Numbered from the stretch's first letter, positions 47,323 to 58,240 are shown. The stretch is DNA of 64,000 nt from Dehalococcoidia bacterium (GCA_963662435.1 OY759598.1:3380507-3444506), one strand, 5' to 3'. The notes: generated from the sequence alone by a model not told the origin. Translations and numbers: made by a program.

Positions 47323-48108
47323 TTACTCCACGCCCGGCCCGGCGAGGTGCCGTCCCGAATCGACGCGGATCACCTGACCGGTGATCGACTCGCTCGAAAG
47401 CAGGCTCACGATGATCTCCGCCATATCTTCGGCGGATGACTCCCGCTTCAGCGGTGTCCTGTCCAACACGTCGCGCTGCCACGACGATTCGCTGATTTCA
47501 GGAGGGCGCATCGTCGGACCCGGCGCGATGGCGTTCACGAGTATCCCAGCGTCAGCAAGCTCCACGGCGAAGCTCCGCGTCATGAAGTCGATGGCAGCCT
47601 TCGCCGTCAGGTAGGGCAGGTAGTCCTTGTAGGGCGTTTCCCATGCCGCCCAGTCGCTGAACTGCACGATGTGGCCCCTCGTCGGGCCATCGTTGCTCAT
47701 CATCACCCGTGCTGCGTGTACGTTGAGCAGGTAGTTTCCCTTCGCGAATGACATTGAAGCGTCCCACGCCGCGCCGTCCAGCGACTCAAACGGATTGCGA
47801 GGGAAACCCGCGGCCAGATTGACCACGAACGACAGGTCTCCGAGGCTGTCTTTCGCCGTCCGCACGATGCGCTTCACGTCGTCCTCGTCGCTCAGATCTC
47901 CGTCGATGAGGGCCGTCCGCCCCGTCAGTCCTCCCACTTCGCCTTCCAACCTCTCGGCCTCCTGCCGCGACGAGCGGTACACGATCGCGAGATTGACACC
48001 CTCCCTCGCCAGCCGGTGGGCAACGACCCCACCGACTCGTTTCGTGCCAACGAGTATAGCTCCCCGCCCTCGTAGCGTGAGCACTGCGACCTCCCCTTTA
48101 GTTCTCAC
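47323..48108 (-). CDS. Pteridine reductase-like SDR (FolM/PTR1-like)
   Basis: GTKRVG, YRSS, YLTAK, VNAIAPG and ITGQVIRVDSG motifs; clustered with folE and queD. Confidence 0.75.
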   Translation of the reverse strand: MRTKGEVAVLTLRGRGAILVGTKRVGGVVAHRLAREGVNLAIVYRSSRQEAERLEGEVGGLTGRTALIDGDLSDEDDVKRIVRTAKDSLGDLSFVVNLAAGFPRNPFESLDGAAWDASMSFAKGNYLLNVHAARVMMSNDGPTRGHIVQFSDWAAWETPYKDYLPYLTAKAAIDFMTRSFAVELADAGILVNAIAPGPTMRPPEISESSWQRDVLDRTPLKRESSAEDMAEIIVSLLSSESITGQVIRVDSGRHLAGPGVE

Positions 48109-48221
48109 CGTTCATATTAGCGTAAAGGACTATAGGGGAGAAACAGTGACCCGCTATCCAAGCAGGAGCAGGACTCGATAACCGACCTGGGTTTCTTCCC
48201 GTATGCGAAGAGTAGCACCAT

Positions 48222-48436
48222 CGTCATACCGGCGAAGGCCGGTATCCAGAGGGGATGGGATGAGGGAGAATCGGAGGATTATATGCAACGCTATCGCTGA
48301 ACCAGATGCCCCATCCGTCTGTATTTCCAAGCGTAGCGAGGAATCTAAGATTTCCCGCCGCCCTCACTGGGACTGAACCACCCGCACCACGAGGACTTTG
48401 GAGTCCTCACTTCGCTCCGCTCCATTCGGAATGACA
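48222..48436. repeat. Family C palindrome (48222-48249) and family E doublet (48320-48436)
   Basis: CGTCATACCGGCGAAGGCCGGTATCCAG; ...GCGTAGCGAGGAATCT...TCCTCACTTCGCTCCGCTCCATTCGGAATGACA. Confidence 0.8.
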
Positions 48437-48496
48437 GGAACCAAGACCTTGCAAGTGTCCGCCGACTCTTGACCCCCGAATCCCCCATTGCAACGC

Positions 48497-48536
48497 GTTA
48501 AGGATGGTTAATCGTGCCTTAACTCTCCGTTAACCT
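48497..48536 (+). promoter_or_regulatory. Pho-box-like direct repeats upstream of pstS
   Basis: TTAA cores at 48498, 48508, 48519 and 48530 (spacing 10/11/11): GTTAATCG-tgc-CTTAACTC-tcc-GTTAACCT. Confidence 0.6.
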
Positions 48537-48622
48537 GCTGGGTCTGCCGGGCCGGATAAAATTTCCCGTTGGAACAATCTCCAGAAATCAATACCAAGGG
48601 GTTCCAAGGAGGAAGTGCGAAA

Positions 48623-50452
48623 ATGTCATCCGTAGGTCGATTGTTTGGGCGCGGGAGCATGATTGGTCTCCTGCTGTTGACGATTTCAGTTCTGCTGATT
48701 GCGTGTTCCGGGGACGAAGGGAAAGAATCCGACGGCCTGAGCGGCACCATTGAGATCGACGGTTCGAGCACGGTCTTCCCGATCAGCGAGGCCGTAGCCG
48801 AAGAGTTCAACAAGGTCAACTCGAACGTCCGGGTTAACGTCGGCGTGTCGGGTACCGGCGGTGGTTTCAAGCGGTTCACGGCTGGCGAGACCGACATCTC
48901 CAACGCCTCGCGTGGGATCAAGGATTCGGAGCACGATGCGGCCGTCGCCAACGGTATCGAGTACTACGAGCTTCGCGTGGGCACCGACGGACTATCGGTT
49001 ATGGTCTCGACGCAGAACGACTTCCTCGACTGCCTGACGGTGGGCGAGTTGAAGAGCATTTGGGACACCGGTTCCACCGTCAACAACTGGAACCAGGTAC
49101 GCTCCGGCTTCCCCGACCGTCCGCTGCGGCTGTACGGTCCCGACACCGACTCCGGCACGTTCGATTTCTTCACGGAGGAGATCAACGGCGAGGCACAGGT
49201 TAGCCGCGCGGACTACACGGCGAGCGCCGACGACAACGTCCTGGTGCAGGGCATCGGCGGCGACCGCAATGCTCTTGGCTACTTCGGCTACGCCTACTAC
49301 GCCGAAAACGCCGACAAGCTGAAGCTGGTGGCAGTGGATAACGGAGACGGCTGCGTGACCCCGACGCCGGACACGATCCTCTCCGGCGAATACAAGCCGC
49401 TGACCCGCCCGCTTTTCATATACGTCAACAAAGAGAGCCTCGAGCGCAGGGAGGTTAGAACTTTCGTCGAGTTCTACATGGAGCACGGCGAAGAGCTTAC
49501 CCGTGAGGTCGGTTACGTGCCGGTCTCTCCGGATGCATACGTATCCAACCTCAGGATGGTCGAGAACGGCAGTGAGGCCGTAGGTGTCGAAGGGGAAGAA
49601 TCCGACGGCCTGAGCGGTACCATTGAGATCGACGGTTCGAGCACGGTCTTCCCGATCAGCGAGGCCGTAGCCGAAGAGTTCAACAAGGTCAACTCGAACG
49701 TCCGGGTTAACGTCGGCGTGTCGGGTACCGGTGGTGGTTTCAAGCGGTTCACGGCTGGCGAGACCGACATCTCCAACGCCTCGCGTGGGATCAAGGACTC
49801 GGAGCACGATGCGGCCGTCTCCAACGGTATCGAGTACTACGAGCTTCGAGTGGGCACCTACGGACTATCGGTTATGGTCTCGACGCAGAACGACTTCCTC
49901 GACTGCCTGACGGTAGGCGAGTTGAAGAGCATTTGGGACACCGGTTCCACCGTCAACAACTGGAACCAGGTACGCTCCGGCTTCCCCGACCGTCCGCTGC
50001 GGCTGTACGGTCCGGACACTGACTCCGGCACGTTCGACTTCTTCACCGAAGAGATCAACGGCGAGGCACAGGTTAGCCGCGCAGACTACACGGCGAGCGC
50101 CGACGACAACGTCTTGGTGCAGGGTATCGGCGGAGACCGCAACGCTCTTGGCTATTTCGGCTACGCCTACTATGCCGAAAACACCGACAAGCTGAAGTTG
50201 GTGGCGGTGGATAACGGAGACGGCTGCGTGACCCCGACGCCGGACACAATCCTTTCCGGCGAGTACAAGCCGCTAACGCGCCCACTGTTCATCTACGTCA
50301 ACAAAAAGAGCCTCGAGCGCAGGGAGGTTAGAACGTTCGTCGAGTTCTACATGGAGCATGGCGAGGAGCTTACCCGAGAGGTCGGTTACGTGCCGGTCTC
50401 TCCGGATGCATACGTATCCAACCTCAGGATGGTCGAGAACGGCAGTAACTAG
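48623..50452 (+). CDS. pstS: Phosphate ABC transporter substrate-binding lipoprotein with two tandem PstS domains
   Basis: AAGGAGG RBS and lipobox [20 protein letters not shown] and DSGTFDFF each occur twice at an 873-nt offset. Confidence 0.93.
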   Translation: MSSVGRLFGRGSMIGLLLLTISVLLIACSGDEGKESDGLSGTIEIDGSSTVFPISEAVAEEFNKVNSNVRVNVGVSGTGGGFKRFTAGETDISNASRGIKDSEHDAAVANGIEYYELRVGTDGLSVMVSTQNDFLDCLTVGELKSIWDTGSTVNNWNQVRSGFPDRPLRLYGPDTDSGTFDFFTEEINGEAQVSRADYTASADDNVLVQGIGGDRNALGYFGYAYYAENADKLKLVAVDNGDGCVTPTPDTILSGEYKPLTRPLFIYVNKESLERREVRTFVEFYMEHGEELTREVGYVPVSPDAYVSNLRMVENGSEAVGVEGEESDGLSGTIEIDGSSTVFPISEAVAEEFNKVNSNVRVNVGVSGTGGGFKRFTAGETDISNASRGIKDSEHDAAVSNGIEYYELRVGTYGLSVMVSTQNDFLDCLTVGELKSIWDTGSTVNNWNQVRSGFPDRPLRLYGPDTDSGTFDFFTEEINGEAQVSRADYTASADDNVLVQGIGGDRNALGYFGYAYYAENTDKLKLVAVDNGDGCVTPTPDTILSGEYKPLTRPLFIYVNKKSLERREVRTFVEFYMEHGEELTREVGYVPVSPDAYVSNLRMVENGSN

Positions 50453-50517
50453 CGGACGGCAAAGTGGACGCGCCCCAGGAGTAATTGACAGGGTCCGTCC
50501 AACAAAGTATTGATAGC

Positions 50518-50543
50518 GGGGCGGAGGAGAAACCCTCCGCCCC
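50518..50543. other. Intercistronic hairpin between pstS and pstC
   Basis: GGGGCGGAGG-AGAAAC-CCTCCGCCCC. Confidence 0.55.
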
Positions 50544-50572
50544 TAAGTGCGACAGAAATTCAAGGGGAATGC

Positions 50573-51547
50573 GTGAGTTCAGGTTCCGCGGCGCGAAATA
50601 GCCCAGAATCGCCACCCGACGTTCTAAGGTCCTCAGGCAGCGAGTACCGCGCGCTCTTCAAGCGCAACAAGAGGAATTGGGAAGGCGCCGTAGTTCACCG
50701 CCTGGTGTTCGCGTGCGCGATCCTGTCCATCTTGACCACGGTCGCGATCCTTCTCTCGCTGGTCATCCAGTCGTGGGGGTTCTTCTCCCAAATCCCGGTA
50801 TGGGAGTTCCTGGGCGAGGCGAGATGGTCGCCGATCCTCAAGCCGAGGTCGTATGGCGTCCTGCCGCTGGTGGCGGGCACGATGCTGGTCACGTTCCTCG
50901 GCGCGGCCGTGGCTATCCCGGTAGGTCTTGCCGCTGCCACCTATCTATCCGAATACGCTCACGACAAGGTCAGACGGATAATCAAACCGATACTCGAAGT
51001 GCTGGCCGGCATCCCGACCGTCGTCTACGGCTACTTCGCTCTGACCTTCGTGACGCCGCAGCTCCAGCGAGTCTTCCCGGACATGCTGGTCTTCAACGCC
51101 CTCAGCGCGGGGCTGGTCATGGGCATCATGATTCTCCCCATGGTCTCCTCGCTGAGCGAGGACGCTATGCTCGCGGTGCCGAACTCTCTACGACAGGCGG
51201 CATACGCCCTCGGAGCAACCCGCTTCGAGGTGTCGACTAAGATCGTCATTCCCGCGGCTCTCTCAGGCATCATGGCAGCCTTCATCATCGGCCTTTCCCG
51301 CGCGATCGGCGAGACGATGCTCGTCACCATCGCCGCCGGCGCGACGCCAAAGCTGACTATCAACCCGCTCGAAAGCATCCAGACCATGACGGCCTACATC
51401 GTGCAGCTGAGCCTGGGTGAGACCCCGCACGGGTCGCTTGAGTTCAACACTATCTTCGCCGTTGGTCTCTTGCTCTTCCTCATCACGCTCGTCATGAACG
51501 TCATGGGCTATGCAATCGTTCGGAAATGGGGGCTTAAGTACGAATGA
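50573..51547 (+). CDS. pstC: Phosphate ABC transporter permease PstC
   Basis: [12 protein letters not shown] and LSRAIGETM motifs; the start is uncertain. Confidence 0.93.
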   Translation: MSSGSAARNSPESPPDVLRSSGSEYRALFKRNKRNWEGAVVHRLVFACAILSILTTVAILLSLVIQSWGFFSQIPVWEFLGEARWSPILKPRSYGVLPLVAGTMLVTFLGAAVAIPVGLAAATYLSEYAHDKVRRIIKPILEVLAGIPTVVYGYFALTFVTPQLQRVFPDMLVFNALSAGLVMGIMILPMVSSLSEDAMLAVPNSLRQAAYALGATRFEVSTKIVIPAALSGIMAAFIIGLSRAIGETMLVTIAAGATPKLTINPLESIQTMTAYIVQLSLGETPHGSLEFNTIFAVGLLLFLITLVMNVMGYAIVRKWGLKYE

Positions 51548-52458
51548 TTCCCAGGACCGAGCGGTTCCATCCGAATCTTGAAGCCCGGAAGGCCAAGGGC
51601 GCGATTGCCTATGTTGTCCTGGTTGCCGCGGTGGCGGTCGGCATCATCGGTCTTGGCGTACTCCTGTTGCAGGTCTTCCTGCAGGGCGTCGAATGGCTCC
51701 GTCCTGAGCTGATCTTCAACTTCCCTTCACGCTTCCCTGAGCAGGCGGGCCTCAAGGCCGCCCTGTTTGGCACCCTGTGGCTCATGGGCATGACCGCCCT
51801 GTTCTGCGTTCCCGTCGGTATCGGGGCCGCCATATACCTGGAAGAGTACGCCCCGGAGAATCGCCTGACCCAGTTCATCGAGATAAATATCGCCAACCTG
51901 GCGGGCGTCCCCTCCATCGTCTACGGCCTGCTTGGGCTCGCTCTCTTCGTTCACGGGTACACGTTCGAGTACGGCAGCACGAAGATCGAGTTCAACCTCG
52001 GTCGCAGCGTCATGGCCGGCGCCCTTACGATGTCGCTGCTCGTCCTGCCCATCGTCATCCTTGCTTCACGCGAGGCGATCAAGGCAGTGCCCGATACCTA
52101 TCGTCAAGCCTCGTTCGCCCTCGGAGCGACCAAGTGGGAGACTATCCGCGGCGTGGTGCTCCCGTCCGCCTTCCCTGGGATGCTGACCGGCATCATCCTG
52201 GCGATGTCCCGCGCGGTCGGCGAAACGGCCCCCATCATTGCCATCAGCGCACTGGTCTACCTGACCTTCATCCCACAAGGTCCCCTTGATAGATTTACCG
52301 TTCTCCCAATACAGATTTACAACTGGGTCTCCCGTCCTCAGGCGGACTTTCAGGGCCTCGCAGCGGGTGGTATAGTGGTTCTACTGATAGTGCTGCTCTC
52401 CATGAACGCCGTCGCCGTCTACTTGCGGAACAAGTTCCAGAATCGGTCGATCGAGTGA
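51544..52458 (+). CDS. pstA: Phosphate ABC transporter permease PstA
   Basis: [11 protein letters not shown] and SRAVGETAP motifs. Confidence 0.93.
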   Translation: MIPRTERFHPNLEARKAKGAIAYVVLVAAVAVGIIGLGVLLLQVFLQGVEWLRPELIFNFPSRFPEQAGLKAALFGTLWLMGMTALFCVPVGIGAAIYLEEYAPENRLTQFIEINIANLAGVPSIVYGLLGLALFVHGYTFEYGSTKIEFNLGRSVMAGALTMSLLVLPIVILASREAIKAVPDTYRQASFALGATKWETIRGVVLPSAFPGMLTGIILAMSRAVGETAPIIAISALVYLTFIPQGPLDRFTVLPIQIYNWVSRPQADFQGLAAGGIVVLLIVLLSMNAVAVYLRNKFQNRSIE

Positions 52459-52486
52459 CAACCCTTTCCACGCCTGGCGAGGCATC

Positions 52487-53341
52487 ATGCAGAATCAGAC
52501 TACGAAACAGCCGGAAACCATCGTCCCATCTCAATTGATCGTCAAACTGCCGGACACCCCTGACGAGACCCGGACCGACGTCGTCCTTGACGTGCAGTCG
52601 CTTGAGGTCTACTACGGCGCCTTCAGGGCGGTAAAGGACGTCGACATGCCCATCCGGTCGAACAGGGTCACGGCGTTCATCGGACCGTCCGGATGCGGCA
52701 AGAGCACCGTGCTCCGCTGCTTCAACCGTATGAACGACCTCATCCGCGGCGCGCGCGTCGGCGGCACGATCCTTTTCCGGGATGAGGACCTGTACGGTGC
52801 GGACATCGACCCTACCGAGATGCGTTCCCGCATAGGCATGGTCTTCCAGAAGCCAAACCCCTTCCCAAAGTCCATCTACGAGAACGTCGCGTTTGGACTT
52901 CGTGTGAACGGCTACACCGGCAACTACCCCGACGCGGTCGAGCGCTCTCTCCGTCGCGCTGCCCTGTGGGACGAGGTGAAGGACCGGCTGAAGGAAAGTG
53001 CTTTGGAGCTATCCGGCGGCCAGCAGCAGCGTCTCTGTATCGCGCGCGCCCTTGCGCCCGAGCCGGAGGTGCTCCTCATGGACGAGCCCGCCTCGGCCCT
53101 AGACCCGATCTCCACCCAGGCCATCGAGGACCTCATCAAGGAGCTCGTCAACGATGTCTCCATCGTCATCGTAACCCACAACATGCAGCAGGCCGCCCGC
53201 GTCTCCGACGAGACGGCCTTCTTCATGGTCGACCCGGAAGACCGCGCCGGATACATGGTCGAGTTCGGCAAGACCACAAACATCTTCACAAACCCCGATG
53301 ACGAGAGGACAGAGGCGTACATTACGGGCCGGTTCAGCTAA
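52487..53341 (+). CDS. pstB: Phosphate ABC transporter ATPase
   Basis: [23 protein letters not shown] and YITGRF motifs. Confidence 0.96.
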   Translation: MQNQTTKQPETIVPSQLIVKLPDTPDETRTDVVLDVQSLEVYYGAFRAVKDVDMPIRSNRVTAFIGPSGCGKSTVLRCFNRMNDLIRGARVGGTILFRDEDLYGADIDPTEMRSRIGMVFQKPNPFPKSIYENVAFGLRVNGYTGNYPDAVERSLRRAALWDEVKDRLKESALELSGGQQQRLCIARALAPEPEVLLMDEPASALDPISTQAIEDLIKELVNDVSIVIVTHNMQQAARVSDETAFFMVDPEDRAGYMVEFGKTTNIFTNPDDERTEAYITGRFS

Positions 53342-53355
53342 GGGAGTCACACCCA

Positions 53356-54030
53356 ATGCCACGAAACGAGTTCGGACGCGATCTTCGCTTCCTCCAGGAA
53401 GAACTTCTGGCCGTGGGCAGTATGGTCGAAAAAGCCATTGCCAATGCGGTCGACGGCCTCAAACGGCGTGACTTGGACCTCTGTCGCCAGGTGGTCCAGG
53501 ATGACTCCGTAATCGATGCCCGGCGGTACGACATCGAGGAACGCTGCGTCAACCTCATCGCGAAGCAGCAGCCCATGGCCACCGACCTGCGCACGATCAT
53601 CGCCATCCTGCAGATCGTCGGCGAGCTTGAGCGGATGGGCGACTACGCCAGCGGCATCGCAAAGATCAGCCTTGCGATGGGTAACGAGCCGCCCCTCAAG
53701 CCCCTGATCGACATCCCCCGCATGGCCGACAAGGCCTCGCAGATGCTCCGAAGGAGCCTCGACTCTCTCGTGAACAGGGACATCGTTGCCGCGGCGGGTG
53801 TACGGGCCGATGACGACGAGGTGGACGCCCTCTACGACCAGATTTACCGTGAACTGCTCACCTTCATGCTCGAAGACCCTCGAACGATCACGCGCGCCAC
53901 GTACCTGCTCTGGGTAGCCCACGACCTCGAACGTATCGCCGACCGAGCGACGAACATCGCCAAGCGTGTAATCTACCTCGTCACGGGCCAGCACGTGGAG
54001 ACCAAGAACCTCGCATCGGCGGGCCTGTAG
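53356..54030 (+). CDS. phoU: Phosphate signalling protein PhoU
   Basis: QQPMATDLR, LERMGD and LERIADRATNI motifs. Confidence 0.95.
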   Translation: MPRNEFGRDLRFLQEELLAVGSMVEKAIANAVDGLKRRDLDLCRQVVQDDSVIDARRYDIEERCVNLIAKQQPMATDLRTIIAILQIVGELERMGDYASGIAKISLAMGNEPPLKPLIDIPRMADKASQMLRRSLDSLVNRDIVAAAGVRADDDEVDALYDQIYRELLTFMLEDPRTITRATYLLWVAHDLERIADRATNIAKRVIYLVTGQHVETKNLASAGL

Positions 54031-54035
54031 CGTCC

Positions 54036-54734
54036 ATGGACGGTTCGCTGACTCGTCGCGCCGTCGCGGAGTGCTTGGGCACTTTCGGTCTTGTCTTCAT
54101 CGCGGCCGGGGCCGCCATGGTCGACGAAATCTCCGGCGGTGGCCTGGGCATCATCGGCAATGCCCTCGCGTCCGGCCTTGTAGTCGCAGCCATGATCTAC
54201 GCAACCGGCCACATTTCCGGGGCTCATATCAACCCCGCCGTCACCCTCGGCTTTGCCCTCGTTCGTCGCATCTCCCTCCGTGACGCCGGTGCCTACTGGG
54301 TTGCCCAGATGGTCGGAGCAATAGCTGCCGCCGCCCTCCTTCGTCTGCTCCTGGGCAAGGTCGGCATCATTGGCGGACACGCCATCACCATCGACCCGGC
54401 AAAGGCCGTCGGCGTCGAAATCGTTCTCACCTTCCTCCTCATGTTCGTCATCATGGCCGTCGCCACCGACAAACGGGCGGTCGGACGCGCCGCCGCCCTA
54501 GCCATCGGCGCGACCGTCTCATTCGACATCATGGTGGGAGGCCCACTCACCGGCGGCTCGATGAACCCCGCGCGGACCACCGGCCCCGCACTGCTGGCGA
54601 CCAACTGGCAGGACCTGTGGGTCTACTGGGTCGGCCCGCCCATCGGCGCGGCAATCGCCGCGTTCCTGTACAAGTGGTTGAACGACGCGAAGGGAGTCGA
54701 GCGCGGGAAAGAGGCCGACTCCAGTGAGTCTTGA
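54036..54734 (+). CDS. MIP family aquaporin/aquaglyceroporin
   Basis: SGAHINPAVT and GGSMNPAR (two NPA motifs). Confidence 0.93.
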   Translation: MDGSLTRRAVAECLGTFGLVFIAAGAAMVDEISGGGLGIIGNALASGLVVAAMIYATGHISGAHINPAVTLGFALVRRISLRDAGAYWVAQMVGAIAAAALLRLLLGKVGIIGGHAITIDPAKAVGVEIVLTFLLMFVIMAVATDKRAVGRAAALAIGATVSFDIMVGGPLTGGSMNPARTTGPALLATNWQDLWVYWVGPPIGAAIAAFLYKWLNDAKGVERGKEADSSES

Positions 54735-55146
54735 GGCCCCGGGGAAAAAATTCCTGTTCGTCTGCGTCCACAACTCCGGTCGGAGCCAGATGGCCGAGGC
54801 CTTCACCCGCCACCTGTCGAACGGCGCCGTCGAGGCAGAGTCTGCGGGTACGCAGCCCTCAACGGGCGTCAACCCCATCGTCGTCGAAGCCATGGCCGAG
54901 GTCGGCATCGACCTCGCAGGCTACTATCCCAAGGTGATCTCCCAGGAAATGGTCAACCGCGCCGACTCCGTATTCACCATGGGCTGCTTCATAGACGAAA
55001 GCTGCCCCGCAACGTTCGTACCGTCCGAGGACTGGGGCCTAGAAGACCCGGCGGGCAGGGACATCGAACATGTCCGCCGCATCCGTGACCAAATCAAGGC
55101 AAAAGTTCGCGATCTGCTGGGAGACTGTGGGAACGGAGATCCCTAG
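54724..55146 (+). CDS. arsC: Arsenate reductase, LMW-PTP/thioredoxin type
   Basis: FVCVHNSGRSQMAE, TMGC.....CP and DWGLEDP motifs. Confidence 0.85.
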   Translation: MSLEAPGKKFLFVCVHNSGRSQMAEAFTRHLSNGAVEAESAGTQPSTGVNPIVVEAMAEVGIDLAGYYPKVISQEMVNRADSVFTMGCFIDESCPATFVPSEDWGLEDPAGRDIEHVRRIRDQIKAKVRDLLGDCGNGDP

Positions 55147-55153
55147 CTGCACC

Positions 55154-55181
55154 CGTCATACCGGCGAAGGCCGGTATCCAG
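55154..55181 (+). repeat. Family C palindrome
   Basis: CGTCATACCGGCGAAGGCCGGTATCCAG. Confidence 0.85.
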
Positions 55182-55235
55182 AGGGGTTAGGGTCTGGGTG
55201 GTACGCTCCGTACGGCTCGCGGCCCTAATACGCCC

Positions 55236-56233
55236 CTACTTGCCCCCAAACACCCCCAGCCTCGTCGCCTCCCGAATCGCCGCCTCCACGTCCACCACGA
55301 GCGGCCCGTCCTCCCTCAGTGTGATCCCAGCGGACTGCTCAGCCCCAACGCTCAATGCCCGCTCTCCATCGAGGGCGATGGTGCATGGCCGGAGTCCTAT
55401 GTCCACCCCTTCCCCGACACCCATTACCTTCCATCCGGCTACGGGCACCGTCGTCACCATGCCCGGAGCGATGGGCGCATCCACCGTCTCGCCGCCCTGA
55501 CCGATGGTCACGTGAACTGCCGACCGTTCGCTGCCGTCCGACGGACTGAGACGCGCTCCAATGGCCGACAGTCCAATGGCGTCCGCATCCGTACGGGCCA
55601 GGAACAGCTCCGAAATCGTGTCGATGTCCCACAGCGCCCGCGCACCGATGAACCGGTGGGTGCTCACCGCCACGTCCACCAGTGCGATGTCGCGCACCCT
55701 CCCGTCGATAGACACTACCAGCACTGTCGATCTTCTCGTGACCTGCTCAGCGCCTACCGCTCCCGATGCAACCACTCCGGCGGCAATTCCCGCCACTGTC
55801 CCTCGATCATCCGGGGGAAGACATTGTTGGTGCCCGTCGAAATCGGCACTATGGGAATGTCCCCCGCACCCTTGGCAACTGCACGATTCGTCCCGTCGCC
55901 GCCCAGCGTCACTATGCTGCCCACGCCCCGGTCTTGCATCGCCTCAGCCGCGCGGGTGGAGTCGCCCTCCTTGTTCGTCACGAGGATATCGACGAATTCG
56001 ACTGACAAGCCCTCAATGCTGGTGTCCAGGCTCCCGTGACCGAGTCCGTCCATGTCGGGCATGAAGACGACCCGGCGCACTCCCACCGACTCGATGCCCG
56101 CAAGCACCCTGCGGAGAATGTTCACCTTCTCCTGGTTGGTGACGAACCGCCCATGGGCTACGAGTCGCCGGATGTCCTTGCCCGCCGCTGGATTCGCGAT
56201 GATGCCGACTGCTGGAGCCTGGCTACTCACCAT
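55236..56233 (-). pseudogene. ATP-NAD kinase/AcoX-like protein with a 1-nt frameshift (or sequencing error) near 55800
   Basis: GIIANPAAGKDIRRLV, LGGDGTNR and STGTNNVFP in one frame; continues as TVAGIAAG...ALDGER in another frame. One G appears to be missing in GAG GG[G] ACA. Confidence 0.8.
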
Positions 56234-57155
56234 CGCTCCAGCGGCCGATCTCTTCGACGGCGTGAGCGATGCGGCGGCGCAGGGCCGTCGTCGACTCCGG
56301 GGTCCACTCATACACTCCGCGCCCGGTCTTGAGCCCGTAGTCTCCGCGCTCGACCATCCGGGCAATTGCGGGCGGCACCTCCGTGGACGACTCGATGTCG
56401 GTCATGAGCTGCTCGCAGATTGCGTGCCACACGTCCGCTCCGGCAGCGTCGAACACCTCGAAAGGTCCTGCCACCCCCAGCCTGCGACCGAGGCCGCTCC
56501 TGACCACCGTGTCGATGTCCTCCGGTCGCGCGACGCCGTCTTCCACAAGCGCGAAGCACTCGCGAAGAAGAGCCGCCTGCAGCCTGTTGGCGATGAACCC
56601 CAGCGCCTCCTTCTTCAGCATGACCGGCTTCTTGCCTTGGGAAACAACGAGGTCGCGCACCGTCTCCACCGTTTCGGGCGAGGTGTCGCGTCCTCCGACG
56701 ACCTCTACCAGAGGGACGACGTGTGGTGGATTGAAGTAGTGCATCACCACCACCCGCTCAGGATTCCGGGTGGCCTCGGCAATCTGGGACGGCAAATACG
56801 TCGACGTGTTGCTGGCGAGGATGGTGTCTTCCCTGCAGATACTCTCCAACTCCGCGAACATGGCCCGCTTCGCTTCCAGGTTCTCAGTAATCGCCTCGAC
56901 TACGAGGTCCGCGTTTTCGACCGCCGTACGCAGATCGCCGGTGAACGTCATGCGGGACTCGACTTCGTCAATTTCCTGCGACCTTCCCAGCATCTCGAGG
57001 TTCTGCCGGATGCGTTCCCGCGCATCGGTCAGGCGCTCCTCGCTCACGTCGTTCAGAAAGACCTGGCGCCCTGTGACCGCAAACTCCTGCGCGATGCTGT
57101 GGCCCATCAGCCCCGCCCCAACGATTCCCACGGTCCGTACGTCTTCCGGGTTCAT
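56223..57155 (-). CDS. 3-hydroxyacyl-CoA dehydrogenase family protein
   Basis: GAGLMG, EAITEN, ASNTS, HYFNPP, GFIANR and GLKTGRG motifs. Confidence 0.92.
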   Translation of the reverse strand: MNPEDVRTVGIVGAGLMGHSIAQEFAVTGRQVFLNDVSEERLTDARERIRQNLEMLGRSQEIDEVESRMTFTGDLRTAVENADLVVEAITENLEAKRAMFAELESICREDTILASNTSTYLPSQIAEATRNPERVVVMHYFNPPHVVPLVEVVGGRDTSPETVETVRDLVVSQGKKPVMLKKEALGFIANRLQAALLRECFALVEDGVARPEDIDTVVRSGLGRRLGVAGPFEVFDAAGADVWHAICEQLMTDIESSTEVPPAIARMVERGDYGLKTGRGVYEWTPESTTALRRRIAHAVEEIGRWSDGE

Positions 57156-58132
57156 AGCAGCCCCTTAGTATTCGTAAGCTCCGGGAGGAGGGACATGCTC
57201 AAGTGCGCGCCGCTCACGATGGCGGCGACCCGCTTCCCACGTACCTCGTCCCGGTGACCGGCCATGGCCGCGATCGGTGTTGCCGCCGACGGCTCAGCCA
57301 ATACCTGCTCCATCTCCATCAACGTCTTCACCGCCGGGAGAATGTCCGACTCCGAAACCCTCCACACATCGTCAACCAGCTCGATGAGTTCGCCTACAAT
57401 CTTGGGAATCGGAACGCGCACTGCCAGCCCGTCCGCAAGCGTGTCGACCGACGCCGACTCGTCCCACGACTGACCCAGAAGCGCCTGCGCCATGGAGGGT
57501 GCTCCGTCAGCCACGACCGCTACAGTGCTAGTCTCAGGACTCCGCCTCTTCATCTTCTGGGCGATTCCCTTCATGAGCGAACCGTTCCCCAGCGGCACGA
57601 CGACCATGTCCCAAGGCTCCGGATCGCGCAAAAGCTCCGTAGAGATAGTGCCCGCGCCCGTCGCCATCTCCTCGATGACGCCGTCCTCCCAGAAGACGCC
57701 CCCGGCCTCATGGGCCTTCTCCTTCGCATGCCCCTTCGCCACGTCAAAATCGTTTCCGTGTATCTCGACCGTCCCGCCCAGGAGCCGTATTCTCTCCAGC
57801 TTGGAAGGTGTCGCCCCTTCGGGAGCAACAACGGTCACCGGGATCCCGTACCGTGCGCAGGCAAAGACGATGGCCAGACCGTAGTTCCCCGCTGATGCGA
57901 CGAACACCCCCGCGTCCGGAACACCATCCGCCAGGGCACCCGCTGTCGTGACCGCCCCCCGCAGCTTGAACGAGCCTATAGGAGTGCAGTCCTCACGCTT
58001 GAGCCACACGTCGGCGTCAAGGCGCTCGCCAATTGCATGGGCCTTCAGCAGCGGCGTCGGCGTCCACGGCTCGGCCTCGAGGAGCTTGGCCGCAAAGTCG
58101 ATTGTGGTCGTATCAACTGAGGAGTCAGTCAC
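57152..58132 (-). CDS. PLP-dependent threonine/serine dehydratase-like enzyme
   Basis: LKRED.TP.GSFKLRG, ASAGN, PLGNG and EPSAA motifs; the start is uncertain. Confidence 0.85.
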   Translation of the reverse strand: MTDSSVDTTTIDFAAKLLEAEPWTPTPLLKAHAIGERLDADVWLKREDCTPIGSFKLRGAVTTAGALADGVPDAGVFVASAGNYGLAIVFACARYGIPVTVVAPEGATPSKLERIRLLGGTVEIHGNDFDVAKGHAKEKAHEAGGVFWEDGVIEEMATGAGTISTELLRDPEPWDMVVVPLGNGSLMKGIAQKMKRRSPETSTVAVVADGAPSMAQALLGQSWDESASVDTLADGLAVRVPIPKIVGELIELVDDVWRVSESDILPAVKTLMEMEQVLAEPSAATPIAAMAGHRDEVRGKRVAAIVSGAHLSMSLLPELTNTKGLL

Positions 58133-58195
58133 ACGTTCGTCCAGAATATGAGGTTCCGTGGTCGGCGGAATTATACCACCGCGCACCAAAGGGGG

Positions 58196-58240
58196 TTGAC
58201 ATAAGTATATCGTATAGCGATATAATGTAACACGATATAG
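58196..58240 (+). promoter_or_regulatory. padR promoter with a palindromic operator
   Basis: TTGACA (58196) and TATAAT (58221), with a long 19-nt spacer. They overlap the palindrome TATATCG-N5-CGATATA (58206-58224); an extra CGATATA half-site follows. Confidence 0.6.
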
